From positions 576,001 through 640,000 of the forward strand of contig CAXXWC010000019.1 of NCBI GenBank assembly GCA_963668645.2: a stretch of DNA of 64,000 bases. The letters run 5' to 3'. The notes under the pieces were generated by a model, which worked only from the letters and a program-made list of their open reading frames with translations, had not been told where the DNA came from and did not search any database. Below, piece by piece: positions 1 through 9,985 of this stretch. The first letter of the stretch is position 1; every line of letters starts with the position of its first letter. The position numbers were made by a program, and so were the translations under genes. The stretch is from Desulfobacterales bacterium. Its GTDB lineage: Bacteria; Desulfobacterota; Desulfobacteria; Desulfobacterales; UBA2174.

Positions 1-435
1 CGCTGCGCCCAGCGCCTCGATGGCGAAGGTGAAGCCGAGCACGGCCCGGATCAGTTGATAGATGTCCTCGCGCGGGGTATGGGCGAATACCTCCTGCATG
101 GCCATGCGCTGCTGGAACACCACCCGCTTGCCGATGACCTGAAACAGGGCCACGGAAAGGGTCATGATCCCCAGGCCGCCGATCTGGATCAACACCAGGA
201 TCACCCCCTGGCCGAAGGGGGTAAAGTACGACCCGGTGTCCACCACGACCAGGCCGGTGACGCAGACGGCCGAGGTCGCGGTAAACAGGGCATCGATGAC
301 GCCGATGGCGCCGCCCGCGGTGGAAGCGGGCAGCATCAAAAGCAGGGCGCCCACTCCGATGGTGGCCAGATAGCTCAACAGCAGCAGGTTGGTGGGATGG
401 GCCCGCCGCAAAAGGGTTTGAAGCCGGAACCACAT
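1..435 (-). CDS. trkH: TrkH/KtrB family potassium uptake membrane protein (5' part; runs off the window edge)
   Basis: Not in the ORF track. Manual minus-strand translation from ATG at 435 gives MWFRLQTLLRR...DALFTATSAVCVTGLVVVDTGSYFTPFGQGVILVLIQIGGLGIMT, the KtrB/TrkH pore-loop signature. AAAGGA RBS upstream. Confidence 0.9.
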   Translation of the reverse strand, partial: MWFRLQTLLRRAHPTNLLLLSYLATIGVGALLLMLPASTAGGAIGVIDALFTATSAVCVTGLVVVDTGSYFTPFGQGVILVLIQIGGLGIMTLSVALFQVIGKRVVFQQRMAMQEVFAHTPREDIYQLIRAVLGFTFAIEALGAA

Positions 436-526
436 GGCGATAATTAATCCTTTCGACCCGGATGGAGCAATCTTGCAGCCGGAACACGAAATTGTCAAAA
501 AGATAAAAGGAGGCCCTGACCAGCCG

Positions 527-1045
527 ATGCGCACCGTCCTGATCGACACCTCCTCGGCGATCCTCTTATACAAGGGCGGCCTTTTCCAGGCAATGGCGTC
601 CGCCTACCGTTTGACCGCCGCAGGCGCCGTTCCCGGGGAACTGACCCGCGAAGGGTACCCCGGTGCCAGCGTCTTTGCCGCCGCTTTGGCCGCCGGGCGT
701 CTGGCGCGCCTCGACAGCACCGCCATTGCCACGCCTCCGGCCCTGAAAAAACCCGGCACCCGGGTGCATGCCGGCGAACGCGACACCCTGACAGCCCTGC
801 TGGACGGGCGGGGCGAATTCGTGATCATGGACGACGGGGCCGGAGCGCAATTTTGCCGGCTGCACCATATCCCCTACATCAACGCCCTGCTCTGCCCGCG
901 GATCCTGCATCTGGCCGGACGCCTCGGGCCGCAAGCGGCCGCGGTGCACACGGCGCGGCTCCGGGATCTCGGACGCTATGCCCCCGCCATCCTGGACTTT
1001 GCAGATACCTGCGAGGACGCCGTGCTGCGGCCATTCCTGCCGTAA
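527..1045 (+). CDS. PIN-domain (VapC/DUF3368-like) protein
   Basis: VLIDTSS at the N-terminus, HAGE and IMDD acidic motifs typical of PIN folds. AAGGAGG upstream of ATG 527. Confidence 0.7.
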   Translation: MRTVLIDTSSAILLYKGGLFQAMASAYRLTAAGAVPGELTREGYPGASVFAAALAAGRLARLDSTAIATPPALKKPGTRVHAGERDTLTALLDGRGEFVIMDDGAGAQFCRLHHIPYINALLCPRILHLAGRLGPQAAAVHTARLRDLGRYAPAILDFADTCEDAVLRPFLP

Positions 1046-1071
1046 CCGATGCGGCCGCCATCAAGACCCGA

Positions 1072-1704
1072 TTATTCAAACATGGGCGTTGTGAGGTAGT
1101 GAAAGCCGCCGGGTCCGCAGCTTTGCTCCAGGGACCGCAGCACGCGTCGGATAAAACCGGGGGTGTCGTTGGGGCCGGATACGTAAAAGGGCTTGCCTTC
1201 ACGGCCGAAGACGAAACTTCGAAAACAGGCGCTGGCATCGATGTCGCCGAAAATGCGGGCAGCCTTGGCATAGTCCTTGTGGGGCGCCAAGCCAAGTTCG
1301 CCGGCATAATCCACGGCGTCTTCCACCAGCCTGCGGGCACAGGCCGGATCGGTGCGCTCCAGGGGCATGTCGCGGCGGATGTGGTCGAGCAGTTGCTCGA
1401 ATTCAAGTTCGCCGCATTCGTGAATCAAGGCGTTTTTGACTCCCAGACAGAACAGGTCCACCAGGAAAACCGCCGCGAATATCTCACCGTTCCCCCTTTT
1501 GCGCGACACCACCACCTGGGCGAGGCCGTTGTCCGGGGCAAACAAGTTCGCCGGCCACCAGCACTCATGAACCGGGGCGGAAGCGACCGCCAGCAGTCCC
1601 GCAGAGACATTCTCCCGCACACGCCCGGCCGTCTGTTTGCGGGCCTTGGCTTTGGCCGCCCGCTTGGCCTTCTTTTTCTGCATTCGTTTCTGATCAAGGG
1701 CCAT
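1072..1704 (-). CDS. Hypothetical protein with basic N-terminus
   Basis: 210-aa ORF with protein-like composition (VFLVDLFCLGVKNA; FGREGKPFYVSGPND) and AAAGGG RBS. Confidence 0.7.
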   Translation of the reverse strand: MALDQKRMQKKKAKRAAKAKARKQTAGRVRENVSAGLLAVASAPVHECWWPANLFAPDNGLAQVVVSRKRGNGEIFAAVFLVDLFCLGVKNALIHECGELEFEQLLDHIRRDMPLERTDPACARRLVEDAVDYAGELGLAPHKDYAKAARIFGDIDASACFRSFVFGREGKPFYVSGPNDTPGFIRRVLRSLEQSCGPGGFHYLTTPMFE

Positions 1705-1830
1705 TGGATATATCCCTTTTGAGTGTTGGGCGGAAAACCGGCATTATGGCTTTCCTTCTGGATGGTGGGAACCTCATATCGGTGGCGAAGTGATCTTTGC
1801 CGGTTTTTTAGCATACCCCATGACTTGTGT

Positions 1831-1960
1831 CACCCCGGAGCAGGCCCATTCCCTCCCGCGTCATCCCGAGGAACGGCGAGGGATCTGCAGTCAGAAAAAC
1901 CGGCGAAACAAGGACTCCCGGACAGAAAAAATCCCTCTCGGTGACGTCATTGCAGGACTT
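1831..1960. repeat. Dispersed REP-like intergenic repeat, copy 1
   Basis: CACCCCGGAGCAGGCC (1831-1846), GTCATCCCGAGGA (1860-1872) and GGGATCTGCAGT (1880-1891) recur in the same order at 21911-22084. Confidence 0.6.
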
Positions 1961-2145
1961 TGACGGGGCCGTGGGGACGGCGGCGCTTGACCTTGCCAAA
2001 CGGCCCATGGTAGGTTGCGCTCCGGTTTCAAATCGATCTTTTCCGGCTCCATGAGCGCGCCCTTTTTCCGCGGCGGCGACGGGCTTGACACCACGCCGCT
2101 GCTACGCCCGGCCCAGCCGGCCGAAACTGCCGAAGAATCGGATTC

Positions 2146-3111
2146 ATGAAACAGACGCCTGCCCTCGCTGCTGCCCAGCCGGTCGCCGGATCCGCCCTTT
2201 CCGCCGAGCGGCTCAAACTCTTTTTGGCCCTTTCCCGCACCCCCCACGCCATGATCGACATGGTCACCCCGGCTTTGGGGGCCTTGTTATGGCTCGGGAC
2301 CTTGCCGCCCCTGGCGGTGATCCTCGTCGGCCTGGTGACCGTGTTTGCCGGCTACACGGCGGTTTACGCCCTCAACGATCTGGTCGACTACCGCACCGAC
2401 CTGAAGAAGGTGGCCGCCGGCGGCTACCAGGGCCAGGACGATTACCTGGACGGGGCACTGGTACGCCATCCCATGGCCCAGGGGCTCTTGGGCTTCCGCG
2501 AGGGCCTGTTCTGGGCCTTGGGATGGGGCGCGGTGGCCATGGTCGGCGCCTGGTGGCTCAACCCCGCCTGCCTGCTTATTTTTATGGGTGCCTGCCTGCT
2601 GGAAATCCTCTATTGCCGCATGTGGCAGGTCAGCCCGTTGCGCACCGTGATCAGCGGCGCGGTCAAAACCGCCGGGACCATGGCCGCGCTCTGGGCCGTG
2701 GATCCGGCCCCCAACCCGGGTTTCGTCCTTTTGCTCTTTGCCTGGATCTTCTGCTGGGAAGTGGGCGGCCAGAACGTGCCGGCCGACTGGACCGATCTGG
2801 CCGAAGACCGGTGCTTTCACGCCCGCACCATCCCGGTGCGCCTCGGTTTGGAGCGTGCCATGGCCATCATCGCCTTCTCTTTGGGCGCGGCGGTGGTGCT
2901 GAACCTGGTGGTCTTCGCCATTTCACCCCTCGACCTGGGGATCCCCTACCGCCTGGCGGCGCTGGCGATCGGCACCGGCTTGCTTCTCTATCCCGCCTAT
3001 CGGGTGTATCGTACCCGTGCCCGGCCCGACGTGATGACCCTGTTTAACCGGGCCAGCTACTATCCCGTCTCGCTCTTTCTGGTGGTGTTGGCAAGGCTGC
3101 TGCTTTCCTGA
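2146..3111 (+). CDS. UbiA-family prenyltransferase
   Basis: Multi-TM protein with Asp-rich motifs NDLVDYRTD and DWTDLAED, followed by RHPM and ARTIPVRLG. Confidence 0.85.
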   Translation: MKQTPALAAAQPVAGSALSAERLKLFLALSRTPHAMIDMVTPALGALLWLGTLPPLAVILVGLVTVFAGYTAVYALNDLVDYRTDLKKVAAGGYQGQDDYLDGALVRHPMAQGLLGFREGLFWALGWGAVAMVGAWWLNPACLLIFMGACLLEILYCRMWQVSPLRTVISGAVKTAGTMAALWAVDPAPNPGFVLLLFAWIFCWEVGGQNVPADWTDLAEDRCFHARTIPVRLGLERAMAIIAFSLGAAVVLNLVVFAISPLDLGIPYRLAALAIGTGLLLYPAYRVYRTRARPDVMTLFNRASYYPVSLFLVVLARLLLS

Positions 3112-3337
3112 CAACCGCGTGTCCGCGGCGGCAAGGCGACCAGCGCCCTGGCAGGGATTCACACCGACCGGATCTATCTGCTGATCACCGGACTGCGCGA
3201 CGCAGCGAGCGATCACCCCCCTGATGGCCGAGCACATCATGAAGGCGATCATGCCCATGGCCGGTAAGGTGACGGGTCCTGGCGGACAGGAATCGCTCAG
3301 CCACCGGTCTCGCGTCCCATCCGCCCCGCGGATTTTC

Positions 3338-4153
3338 TCAAATTCCCGCAATGGCCCTGAACAGCTTGATATCGGTTTTTTCAACGCCGGCAACGGCCGG
3401 GACGATCCGTTTGATCTGCCGCTCTTCGCTCTCGTCGCTGACAGATCCCCAGACCCTGACGGCGCCGGGCTCCGGCACGTCCACGTAGAGTGTGGAAATG
3501 CGCAAATCGTGCTGTTTGAGGGCCGCCGTGACGCGCCTTTCAAGCGACCGGCGCTGCATGGTTTCCAGCGCGCCGAGGCTGCAAGCCTCGATCTTTTCCG
3601 ACCGGGCGCCCTGGACGATCATCTCCGCACTGGCCTGGATGCCGAGTTTTTCCGGATTGATGATCAGATCGTAAAGGCCGGGGTCGTCCCAATGGCGGTT
3701 GAAGGCGAAGCGGAAAAAACCCCTTTGTTCGCTGTCGGCTCTGTGGATCAGCTTCCGGGCGATCTCGGGCGTCAGGCCCCTTTGCTGCGATACGGCCGCA
3801 ACGCGCGCCTGTTCCGAGGCGTTCACCAACACGTGAAAGGCGCAGTTGAAGTCATTGAGCAACACCTGGCTGCCGTGGCCCACGATCACGCCGCTGCCCT
3901 TGTGGCCGATCTCGTAAACCACCGATTGGAGGATATCGACATAGGCCTCCGGCCTGCGGCTCAGTAAACGGTCAAAAAAGCCGGGGGCCTTTTCGTCCAG
4001 CCCCTTGAGTTCTTCTGCGCGGATCCCCATCTCCAGGGCCTCTTGCTTGAGCCTCTGGTCGTCGAGGAGTTCCAGATTCAACGATTCGGCGACGCGCCGG
4101 GCAATGCGCGCACCGCCGCTGCCCATGCTTTGCGATATAGTGATAAGCGCCAT
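3338..4153 (-). CDS. Cytidylate-kinase-like family protein with C-terminal BON-like domain
   Basis: MALITISQSMGSGG start, GVIVGHG and DPGLYDLIIN motifs; C-terminus resembles BON (GAVRVWGSV...VAGVEK). Confidence 0.75.
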   Translation of the reverse strand: MALITISQSMGSGGARIARRVAESLNLELLDDQRLKQEALEMGIRAEELKGLDEKAPGFFDRLLSRRPEAYVDILQSVVYEIGHKGSGVIVGHGSQVLLNDFNCAFHVLVNASEQARVAAVSQQRGLTPEIARKLIHRADSEQRGFFRFAFNRHWDDPGLYDLIINPEKLGIQASAEMIVQGARSEKIEACSLGALETMQRRSLERRVTAALKQHDLRISTLYVDVPEPGAVRVWGSVSDESEERQIKRIVPAVAGVEKTDIKLFRAIAGI

Positions 4154-4281
4154 GATTCTTTCCCCTTTCGCGCAACACCGGGCAAGGCCGGTGAGGATGC
4201 TGAAAATGAACCGCGCGGGCCCTGGGACCCGCTGCTTAAGAAACACTGGGGACGTTTTGCCTGAAATCAAGTGGCGCTGGA

Positions 4282-5289
4282 TCAAAATGCCTTGCGTGCC
4301 CGGGCGATGTCCGTGGTATCGCCCATGACGATGAGGACCATGCCCGGGGTCAGGACATGGCTGGGGGGCGGATTGAAGAGGATCTCCTCGCCGGGAAGGT
4401 GGGCTCCGAGCACCAGGAGATTGAAGCGGGTCTTGAGCCCCGAGTCCATCAGGACCCGGTTGGTGGCCAGCCCCGCCTCGCTGATGGTGAGCTGGTGAAC
4501 GCGCAGGTTCCCCTGCTGGCTGCGCAGCATGTTGTCCAGAAAGTTCACCACCTCGGGGCGGATCATCACCGAGGCCATGCGCAGGGCGCCGATGGTGTTG
4601 GGCGATACCACACTGTTGGCGCCGGCCTTGCGCAGCTTGGGTTCGAGGGCGGGGTTGATCATGCGGCTGACGATGCGCAGGTGGGTGTTGAGCATGCGGG
4701 CCGTCATGGTGATGTAGAGGTTGTCCTTTTCCGACGGCAGGCAGGCGAACAGCCCGCTGGCGTTGGCGATGCCGGCGGCCACCAGGTTCTGGTCCTCAGT
4801 GGCGTCGCCGCGGATGAAAAGCAGCTTGCCGTCGGCGTTGCACCGGTCGATGGTCTCCTGCTCGCGCTCGATCAAAACCACCGCCTCGTGGTTCCTGGTC
4901 ATCTCGTCGATCAGCGGCATGCCGGTCTCGCCGCCGCCGCAAATGATGTAGTGGCCGTGGAGCTTGGCGATCAGCTTGTTCATCTTTTTCTCCCGCAGGT
5001 AGCCGGACAGCTCGCCCTCGATCAGCGATGCGGTCAGGGAACTGATGGCGTACAGGATGATCCCCATGCCGAAGGTGATCAGCAGCATGGTGAAGATTTC
5101 GGCGGCCGTGTTGCCCGTCACCGGCACGATTTCGCCGAAGCCCACGCTGGTGATGGCGATCACCGTCATGTAGAGGCACTCCAGAAAATCAATGCGCCCC
5201 ATGAACAGCAGGTAATAGCCGAGACTGCCGGCCATAACGACCAGCAGAATCGACAGCAGATGTCGAACCAGCCTGATTTTGAGGCTCAT
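4282..5289 (-). CDS. Potassium channel protein with TrkA-N/TrkA-C (RCK) domains
   Basis: Two TM helices around a TSVGFGE filter, ICGGGETG Rossmann motif, GDAT, C-terminal RCK_C. Confidence 0.9.
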   Translation of the reverse strand: MSLKIRLVRHLLSILLVVMAGSLGYYLLFMGRIDFLECLYMTVIAITSVGFGEIVPVTGNTAAEIFTMLLITFGMGIILYAISSLTASLIEGELSGYLREKKMNKLIAKLHGHYIICGGGETGMPLIDEMTRNHEAVVLIEREQETIDRCNADGKLLFIRGDATEDQNLVAAGIANASGLFACLPSEKDNLYITMTARMLNTHLRIVSRMINPALEPKLRKAGANSVVSPNTIGALRMASVMIRPEVVNFLDNMLRSQQGNLRVHQLTISEAGLATNRVLMDSGLKTRFNLLVLGAHLPGEEILFNPPPSHVLTPGMVLIVMGDTTDIARARKAF

Positions 5290-5394
5290 GCGGGCCGGGC
5301 GCGCTCCAACGCCGGACCGAACGATTTGGGGTTGGTTCTCATCGCTGAAGCCTCGGGCTGCTAACCGGCAATAGGTTTGCGGGCAAAGACGTTT

Positions 5395-5841
5395 TCAGTC
5401 GTAACTGTCCCTCGTGGCGGCGTCGGCCATGGCCGGTGCGATCAACGGCTGCCAGGCCGGATCCTGCCATGTGCCCAGGTGGGTGTGCATGTCCAGATAC
5501 TTGGTGGGGATCGGGTGGGTGCCCACCACCACCGTCACGGCGTAGCGTTTTTCGAGAAAAGCCTTGAAGGTTTCGATATGCGGGCACGGCGGATAGCCCA
5601 CCAACAGGCCGGTGGCCAGATGGATCACGGTGGCGCCGTTTTTGACCATCTCTTCACCGGCATACTCGATGTTGCCCCCCGGGCACCCGTCGCAGGTGGT
5701 AAAACCGACCAGTTCCACTTCCCGGTCCTGGTAGACGGCGAACGCCCCTTGGCGGTTGCGCATGGCGCGCAGACACTTTCCGCCCGCACAACGCCGGTAG
5801 CGGTCGCAGATGATAATGCCGATTTTCGTTTTTGCGCTCAT
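5395..5841 (-). CDS. CGGC-domain (putative metal-binding) protein
   Basis: IGIIICDRYRRCAGGKC, FTTCDGCPG, PPCPH and VVGTH motifs; AGGAAG RBS before ATG 5841. Confidence 0.85.
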   Translation of the reverse strand: MSAKTKIGIIICDRYRRCAGGKCLRAMRNRQGAFAVYQDREVELVGFTTCDGCPGGNIEYAGEEMVKNGATVIHLATGLLVGYPPCPHIETFKAFLEKRYAVTVVVGTHPIPTKYLDMHTHLGTWQDPAWQPLIAPAMADAATRDSYD

Positions 5842-6072
5842 GTGAACTTCCTTTCTGCCCAGGCCTGCGCTCCGATCGCGAACCTGATCCGAGGTGTTGA
5901 AACCGGTCTTGCAAAAACATCCCGAAAAGCAATAGAACCGCAGAAACAAAAAGATGCGCGGCCATCCTGCCGCCGGTCCTGTTAGTAGCATAATTCAGCA
6001 CCGAGGCAAAGAACGGCCTCTTGGCCAAACCGGTTATGCTTGACAAGCATCCAGTGTTTACTCTAAAAAAAG

Positions 6073-6258
6073 TCGACGGTGCCGAAAGGCCGAACAGGGA
6101 ATTCCGTGCAAATCGGAAGCGGTCCCGCCGCTGTAATCCCACCGTTGCGCCGGCCCGGCGCGACAACCCGATTCGGGCTCGACAATGGCCACTGCCTCGC
6201 CGCCAAACGGGGTGGGAAGGCCGCCCGACGGGCGGGAGAGCCAGAAGACCTGCCGTCA
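6073..6258 (+). ncRNA. Cobalamin (AdoCbl) riboswitch
   Basis: Conserved blocks AACAGGGAAT.CCGTGCAAATCGG...GCGGTCCCGCCGCTGT, GCCACTG, GGGAAGGC and GAGCCAGAAGACCTGCC in the correct order. Confidence 0.93.
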
Positions 6259-6326
6259 CGAAAATTGCTGTCCGGCCGCGGGAAACGGCCTGGATCAGGT
6301 ATCCGGGGGCCAAGTAAACTGGGTGC

Positions 6327-6364
6327 AGCCCTTCGAGCCGAAAACCGGCACGAAGGGCTTTTTT
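6327..6364 (+). terminator. Intrinsic terminator, probable riboswitch expression platform
   Basis: Stem AGCCCTTCG/CGAAGGGCT followed by a T-run. Confidence 0.75.
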
Positions 6365-6538
6365 ATTTCCCTTGACAGCAGTCAGACAATCATGGCAAAC
6401 CTTGTCCGGTTTAAATCCAGAGTATTAACAAGCTTTATGAAGTGTTCAAGAAGGCACCGCCGCTTGATGGTGCTCTGGGCCGTAGCTTTCTTTCAACGGG
6501 GCGAACGAATAAGCACTCAGCGCCCTTTTCGTAACAAG

Positions 6539-6593
6539 GCCTGGAAGGTCTCGGGTGAAACGAATTTCACCTGAAGATTTCCAGGCTTTTTTT
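6539..6593 (+). terminator. Second leader terminator hairpin before the first CDS
   Basis: GCCTGGAA...GGTGAAA-CGAA-TTTCACC...TTCCAGGC followed by T7. Confidence 0.75.
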
Positions 6594-6628
6594 GTTTCAG
6601 CACTCAAACAAAACCGGGAGAGATTCAA

Positions 6629-7399
6629 GTGAATCGACTGCACATGGCACTTATCGGGTTTTCGCTGTTGGCGGCGGCGATGCCGGCCCTGGCCGAAAAG
6701 ACCGAGGTGCAACGCCGGGTGGAGCGCCCGGTGACCGAGGCCATCGATATCCGCCAAAAAGCCCAGCAGGCCGAAATCCGCTGGCGCGAAGAAGAGCAGC
6801 AAAAGCTGGCCGCCTACGACCGCCTGCAACAGCAGCAGGCCCAACTCGAGGCTCACCGCCAAACCGTGGAAGAACGCCTGACCGCCGTGCGAAGCAGAGT
6901 GGCGGCCAAGCAGGCCCAGCTCGATGCCATCGTCCAGATCAGCGAGCAGGTGGTGCCCTTTCTCCAGGCCCAGTACCAGCGCCTGGAGGATCGCGTCGAC
7001 CGCGATCTGCCTTTTTTGACCGCCGAGCGGCACCTGCGGCTGGAAAACCTCAAGACGCTGCTCGATGATCCGGGAGTGGCTGTGAGCGAAAAACTGCGCA
7101 AGGTCTTCGAGGCCCTGATGGTGGAGGCCGAGTACGGCAACACCATCGAGGTCTACCAGCAAGACATCGTCGTGGCAGGAAGTTCGATGCTGGCCAACAT
7201 CTTCCGCCTGGGCCGCGTCGGCCTCTACTACCAGAGCCTCGACCGCAAGTCCTGCGGCTTTTACAACGCCGCCGAGGCCGCCTGGCAGCCGCTGGATCCC
7301 GAGGCCAACCGCACCCTGCAAACCGCCATGGATATCGGCACCAGACGGCGGCCGGTGGAAATCTTGAACATGCCGTTGGGAAGGATCGCCGCGCCATGA
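6629..7399 (+). CDS. DUF3450-family periplasmic coiled-coil protein (TonB2/TtpB-like)
   Basis: Signal peptide, coiled coil, DLPFLTAER, EAEYG and FRLGRVGLYYQSLD motifs; first gene of an ExbB/ExbD/TonB operon. Confidence 0.85.
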   Translation: MNRLHMALIGFSLLAAAMPALAEKTEVQRRVERPVTEAIDIRQKAQQAEIRWREEEQQKLAAYDRLQQQQAQLEAHRQTVEERLTAVRSRVAAKQAQLDAIVQISEQVVPFLQAQYQRLEDRVDRDLPFLTAERHLRLENLKTLLDDPGVAVSEKLRKVFEALMVEAEYGNTIEVYQQDIVVAGSSMLANIFRLGRVGLYYQSLDRKSCGFYNAAEAAWQPLDPEANRTLQTAMDIGTRRRPVEILNMPLGRIAAP

Positions 7400-8850
7400 A
7401 GACCGCCAAACGCTGTATCGTCTGGTTGGTGCCGACAGTGCTGATCCTTGCAGCGCCGGTATACGCCCAGGACATGCGCCAGATCCAGGTTCAGGCCAGA
7501 GAGGCGCGTGAGGCCCTGGCGCAAAAGGCCGAGGCGGAAAAAAAGGCCGCCCAGGCCGCCGCGGCCGAAAGCCGGGCCAAGATCATAGCCGACCGCAAAA
7601 AACTGGAAGCCGCCATCCAGGACCTTGAAACCCGCAATCACCAGCTGAACGAAAAGATCCGGTCCATGTCCGACGAGACCGAAATGCTGGCCAAAAAAGA
7701 AGAAGACCTGATCCGGCAGTTGGCCGAGACCGACGCCGTGGTGCGCGAACTGGTCGGGGTGGTGCGCATCAACGCCAAGGACATCGAAACGCTGGTTTCA
7801 CAGAATCTGCAGACCGCCTTTTTAGAGGAGCGGATCGATTTTCTTCAGGACATCTCCGGCCAGAGCCGGTTTCCCGACATGGACGCCGTGCAGGCCATGG
7901 CGGATCTGCTCGACAGGGCGATCGAGGCCTCGGGCGAAGTGACGGTGCACCGCGGCACCATCGTGGACCGCACCGGTGTCGACACCGAGGCCGAAATCCT
8001 GGCCATCGGCAACTTCACCGCCGCCTACCGCATCGGCCAGGAGGTGGGCTTTTTGAACTACTCGCCCGCCGGCCGCCGGCTCTTTGCCCTCTCGCGGCTT
8101 CCTTCGGCCCGGATGCAGCGCCAGATGGCCGCTTACATGGACGGTCAAAGCGCCTCGATGCCCATGGATGTTTCCCGCGGCGGGGCCCTTTACCAGCTCA
8201 CCCACGAGTTGAGCCTATGGCAGCAGATCCCCAAGGGAGGGCCCATCGTCTGGCCCATCGTGGGGATTTTGGGCCTCGGCGTGCTCATCGCCATCGAACG
8301 GGTCTTTTTCCTGCTGCGCCGCCGGCTGAACGCCGACGCCCTGATGAACCGCATCGAACGGCTGGCCGGCGAGGGCCGCTGGAAAGACTGCCAAGCGGCC
8401 TGCACGCCCCTTGTGGCCAAACCGCTGGCCCGGGTGCTCAACGCGGGGCTGGCCTGCTGCCACATGCAGCGCGAGGAGCTGGAAAACGCCCTGCAGGAGG
8501 CGATCCTGAGAGAAATCCCCGCCCTGGAACGCTTTTTATCCACCCTCGGGCTGCTGGCGGCCATCGCCCCGCTGCTCGGGCTGCTGGGCACGGTGACCGG
8601 GATGATCGACACCTTTCACGTCATCACCCAGCACGGCACGGGCGATCCGCGTATGATGTCCGGCGGGATTTCAGAGGCCCTGGTAACCACCATGCTCGGT
8701 TTGACGGTGGCCATCCCCATCATGCTGGTCCACACGCTGCTGAGCCGCACGGTGGAAAAACGCATCGGCCAGATGGAGGAAAAAGCCGTAGCCTTGGTCA
8801 ACATCGCCGACCGCTATCGGAGCCGCCTTGATCCTGCTGATTCAAAATAG
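7396..8850 (+). CDS. Large MotA/TolQ/ExbB proton-channel protein with N-terminal coiled coil (TtpC-like)
   Basis: APLLGLLGTVTGMI and GGISEALVTT motifs after a long periplasmic N-terminal domain. Confidence 0.9.
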   Translation: MKTAKRCIVWLVPTVLILAAPVYAQDMRQIQVQAREAREALAQKAEAEKKAAQAAAAESRAKIIADRKKLEAAIQDLETRNHQLNEKIRSMSDETEMLAKKEEDLIRQLAETDAVVRELVGVVRINAKDIETLVSQNLQTAFLEERIDFLQDISGQSRFPDMDAVQAMADLLDRAIEASGEVTVHRGTIVDRTGVDTEAEILAIGNFTAAYRIGQEVGFLNYSPAGRRLFALSRLPSARMQRQMAAYMDGQSASMPMDVSRGGALYQLTHELSLWQQIPKGGPIVWPIVGILGLGVLIAIERVFFLLRRRLNADALMNRIERLAGEGRWKDCQAACTPLVAKPLARVLNAGLACCHMQREELENALQEAILREIPALERFLSTLGLLAAIAPLLGLLGTVTGMIDTFHVITQHGTGDPRMMSGGISEALVTTMLGLTVAIPIMLVHTLLSRTVEKRIGQMEEKAVALVNIADRYRSRLDPADSK

Positions 8851-9439
8851 CCTCCTGCGCCTGGAAGAGTACCTGCGCACCGGCGGACCCTTGATGATCC
8901 CCCTGGTGGTCGTCAGCCTGGTGATGTGGCTGCTGATCATCGACCGGGCCGTCTTCTTTCGCCGGATCCAGCGCCGGGACATGAATTCCCAGAACGCCCG
9001 GGAGTATGTGGCCCGCAACCGCCAGCCGGATTTGCGGCACTATCGCGGAGTCACCGCCGTGCTGGTGGCCGAATTTGTCCGGCGCCGCAGCGGCCGGCGC
9101 GACCTGGACCGCTACGTGCTCGACGAAACCGTGGCCCGGCTCCAGCGCACCCTGAACGACGGTCTGGCCGCCATCGGGGTCCTGGCCGCCATCGCCCCGC
9201 TGCTCGGGCTGCTGGGCACGGTGAGCGGGATGATCACCACCTTCGACGTGCTGGCCGTATTCGGCACGGGCAACGCCCGGGCCATGGCCGGCGGGATCAG
9301 CGAAGCGCTGATCACCACCCAGACCGGTCTTTTGGTGGCCATTCCCGGCTTGTATATGAAAGGCTTTCTCGATCGCCGGGCGCGCCAGGTGGCCCAGCGC
9401 CTGAGTGCAACCGGATTTTACCTCCGGCGGCACCTGTAA
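8828..9439 (+). CDS. exbB: ExbB/TolQ family protein
   Basis: APLLGLLGTVSGMI and GGISEALITTQTGL motifs. Confidence 0.9.
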   Translation: MILLIQNSLLRLEEYLRTGGPLMIPLVVVSLVMWLLIIDRAVFFRRIQRRDMNSQNAREYVARNRQPDLRHYRGVTAVLVAEFVRRRSGRRDLDRYVLDETVARLQRTLNDGLAAIGVLAAIAPLLGLLGTVSGMITTFDVLAVFGTGNARAMAGGISEALITTQTGLLVAIPGLYMKGFLDRRARQVAQRLSATGFYLRRHL

Positions 9440-9459
9440 ACGAGAGGAGACTTGCGACT

Positions 9460-9879
9460 ATGCTGAGTATCTCGGCGGCCCGGCGCCAGCGCAACACGGT
9501 GCGCGAATTGAACATGGCCCCGCTGATCGATATGGTCTTCATCCTGCTGATCTTCTTTCTGGTGACCACCAGCTTCGTCAAGGAGACCGGCATCGATGTC
9601 CAGCGGCCCACCGCATCGACGGCCGAAAGCAATGCCAAAGCTGCCATCCTCGTTGCCGTGGACGCCGAAAACCGGATCTTCTACGATCATCGGGAAATCG
9701 ATGTACGCGCGGTGCGCGCCAACGTGGAGCGCGCCCTGGCGGAAAACCCGGAAGGCGCCGTGGTGGTGGTGGCCGACAAGGCCAGCTCCACCGGCACGGC
9801 GATCATGGTGATGGACGGCTGCCGCATGGCCGGGGCGACCAGCGTCTCGCTGGCAGCCAGCCTGCCGCAGGGCGAGTAA
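9460..9879 (+). CDS. exbD: ExbD/TolR family protein
   Basis: LNMAPLIDMVFILLIFFLVTTSF signature; GAGGAG RBS before ATG 9460. Confidence 0.92.
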   Translation: MLSISAARRQRNTVRELNMAPLIDMVFILLIFFLVTTSFVKETGIDVQRPTASTAESNAKAAILVAVDAENRIFYDHREIDVRAVRANVERALAENPEGAVVVVADKASSTGTAIMVMDGCRMAGATSVSLAASLPQGE

Positions 9880-9985
9880 TTCCGGCAGGCCGCACCGGGC
9901 GCCTGCTTTTTTATGTCCTTTTCGTCCCTTGTGCCCTTTGTGTCATTGAAATAACAATTTAAACGCGAGCCACCAGCTTCGAACC

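Noticed and set aside
1973..1980. GGGGACGG as another copy of the junction motif
   Set aside because: It lacks the downstream TTGAT/TAA part and any associated breakpoint, and such a match is expected by chance in GC-rich DNA.
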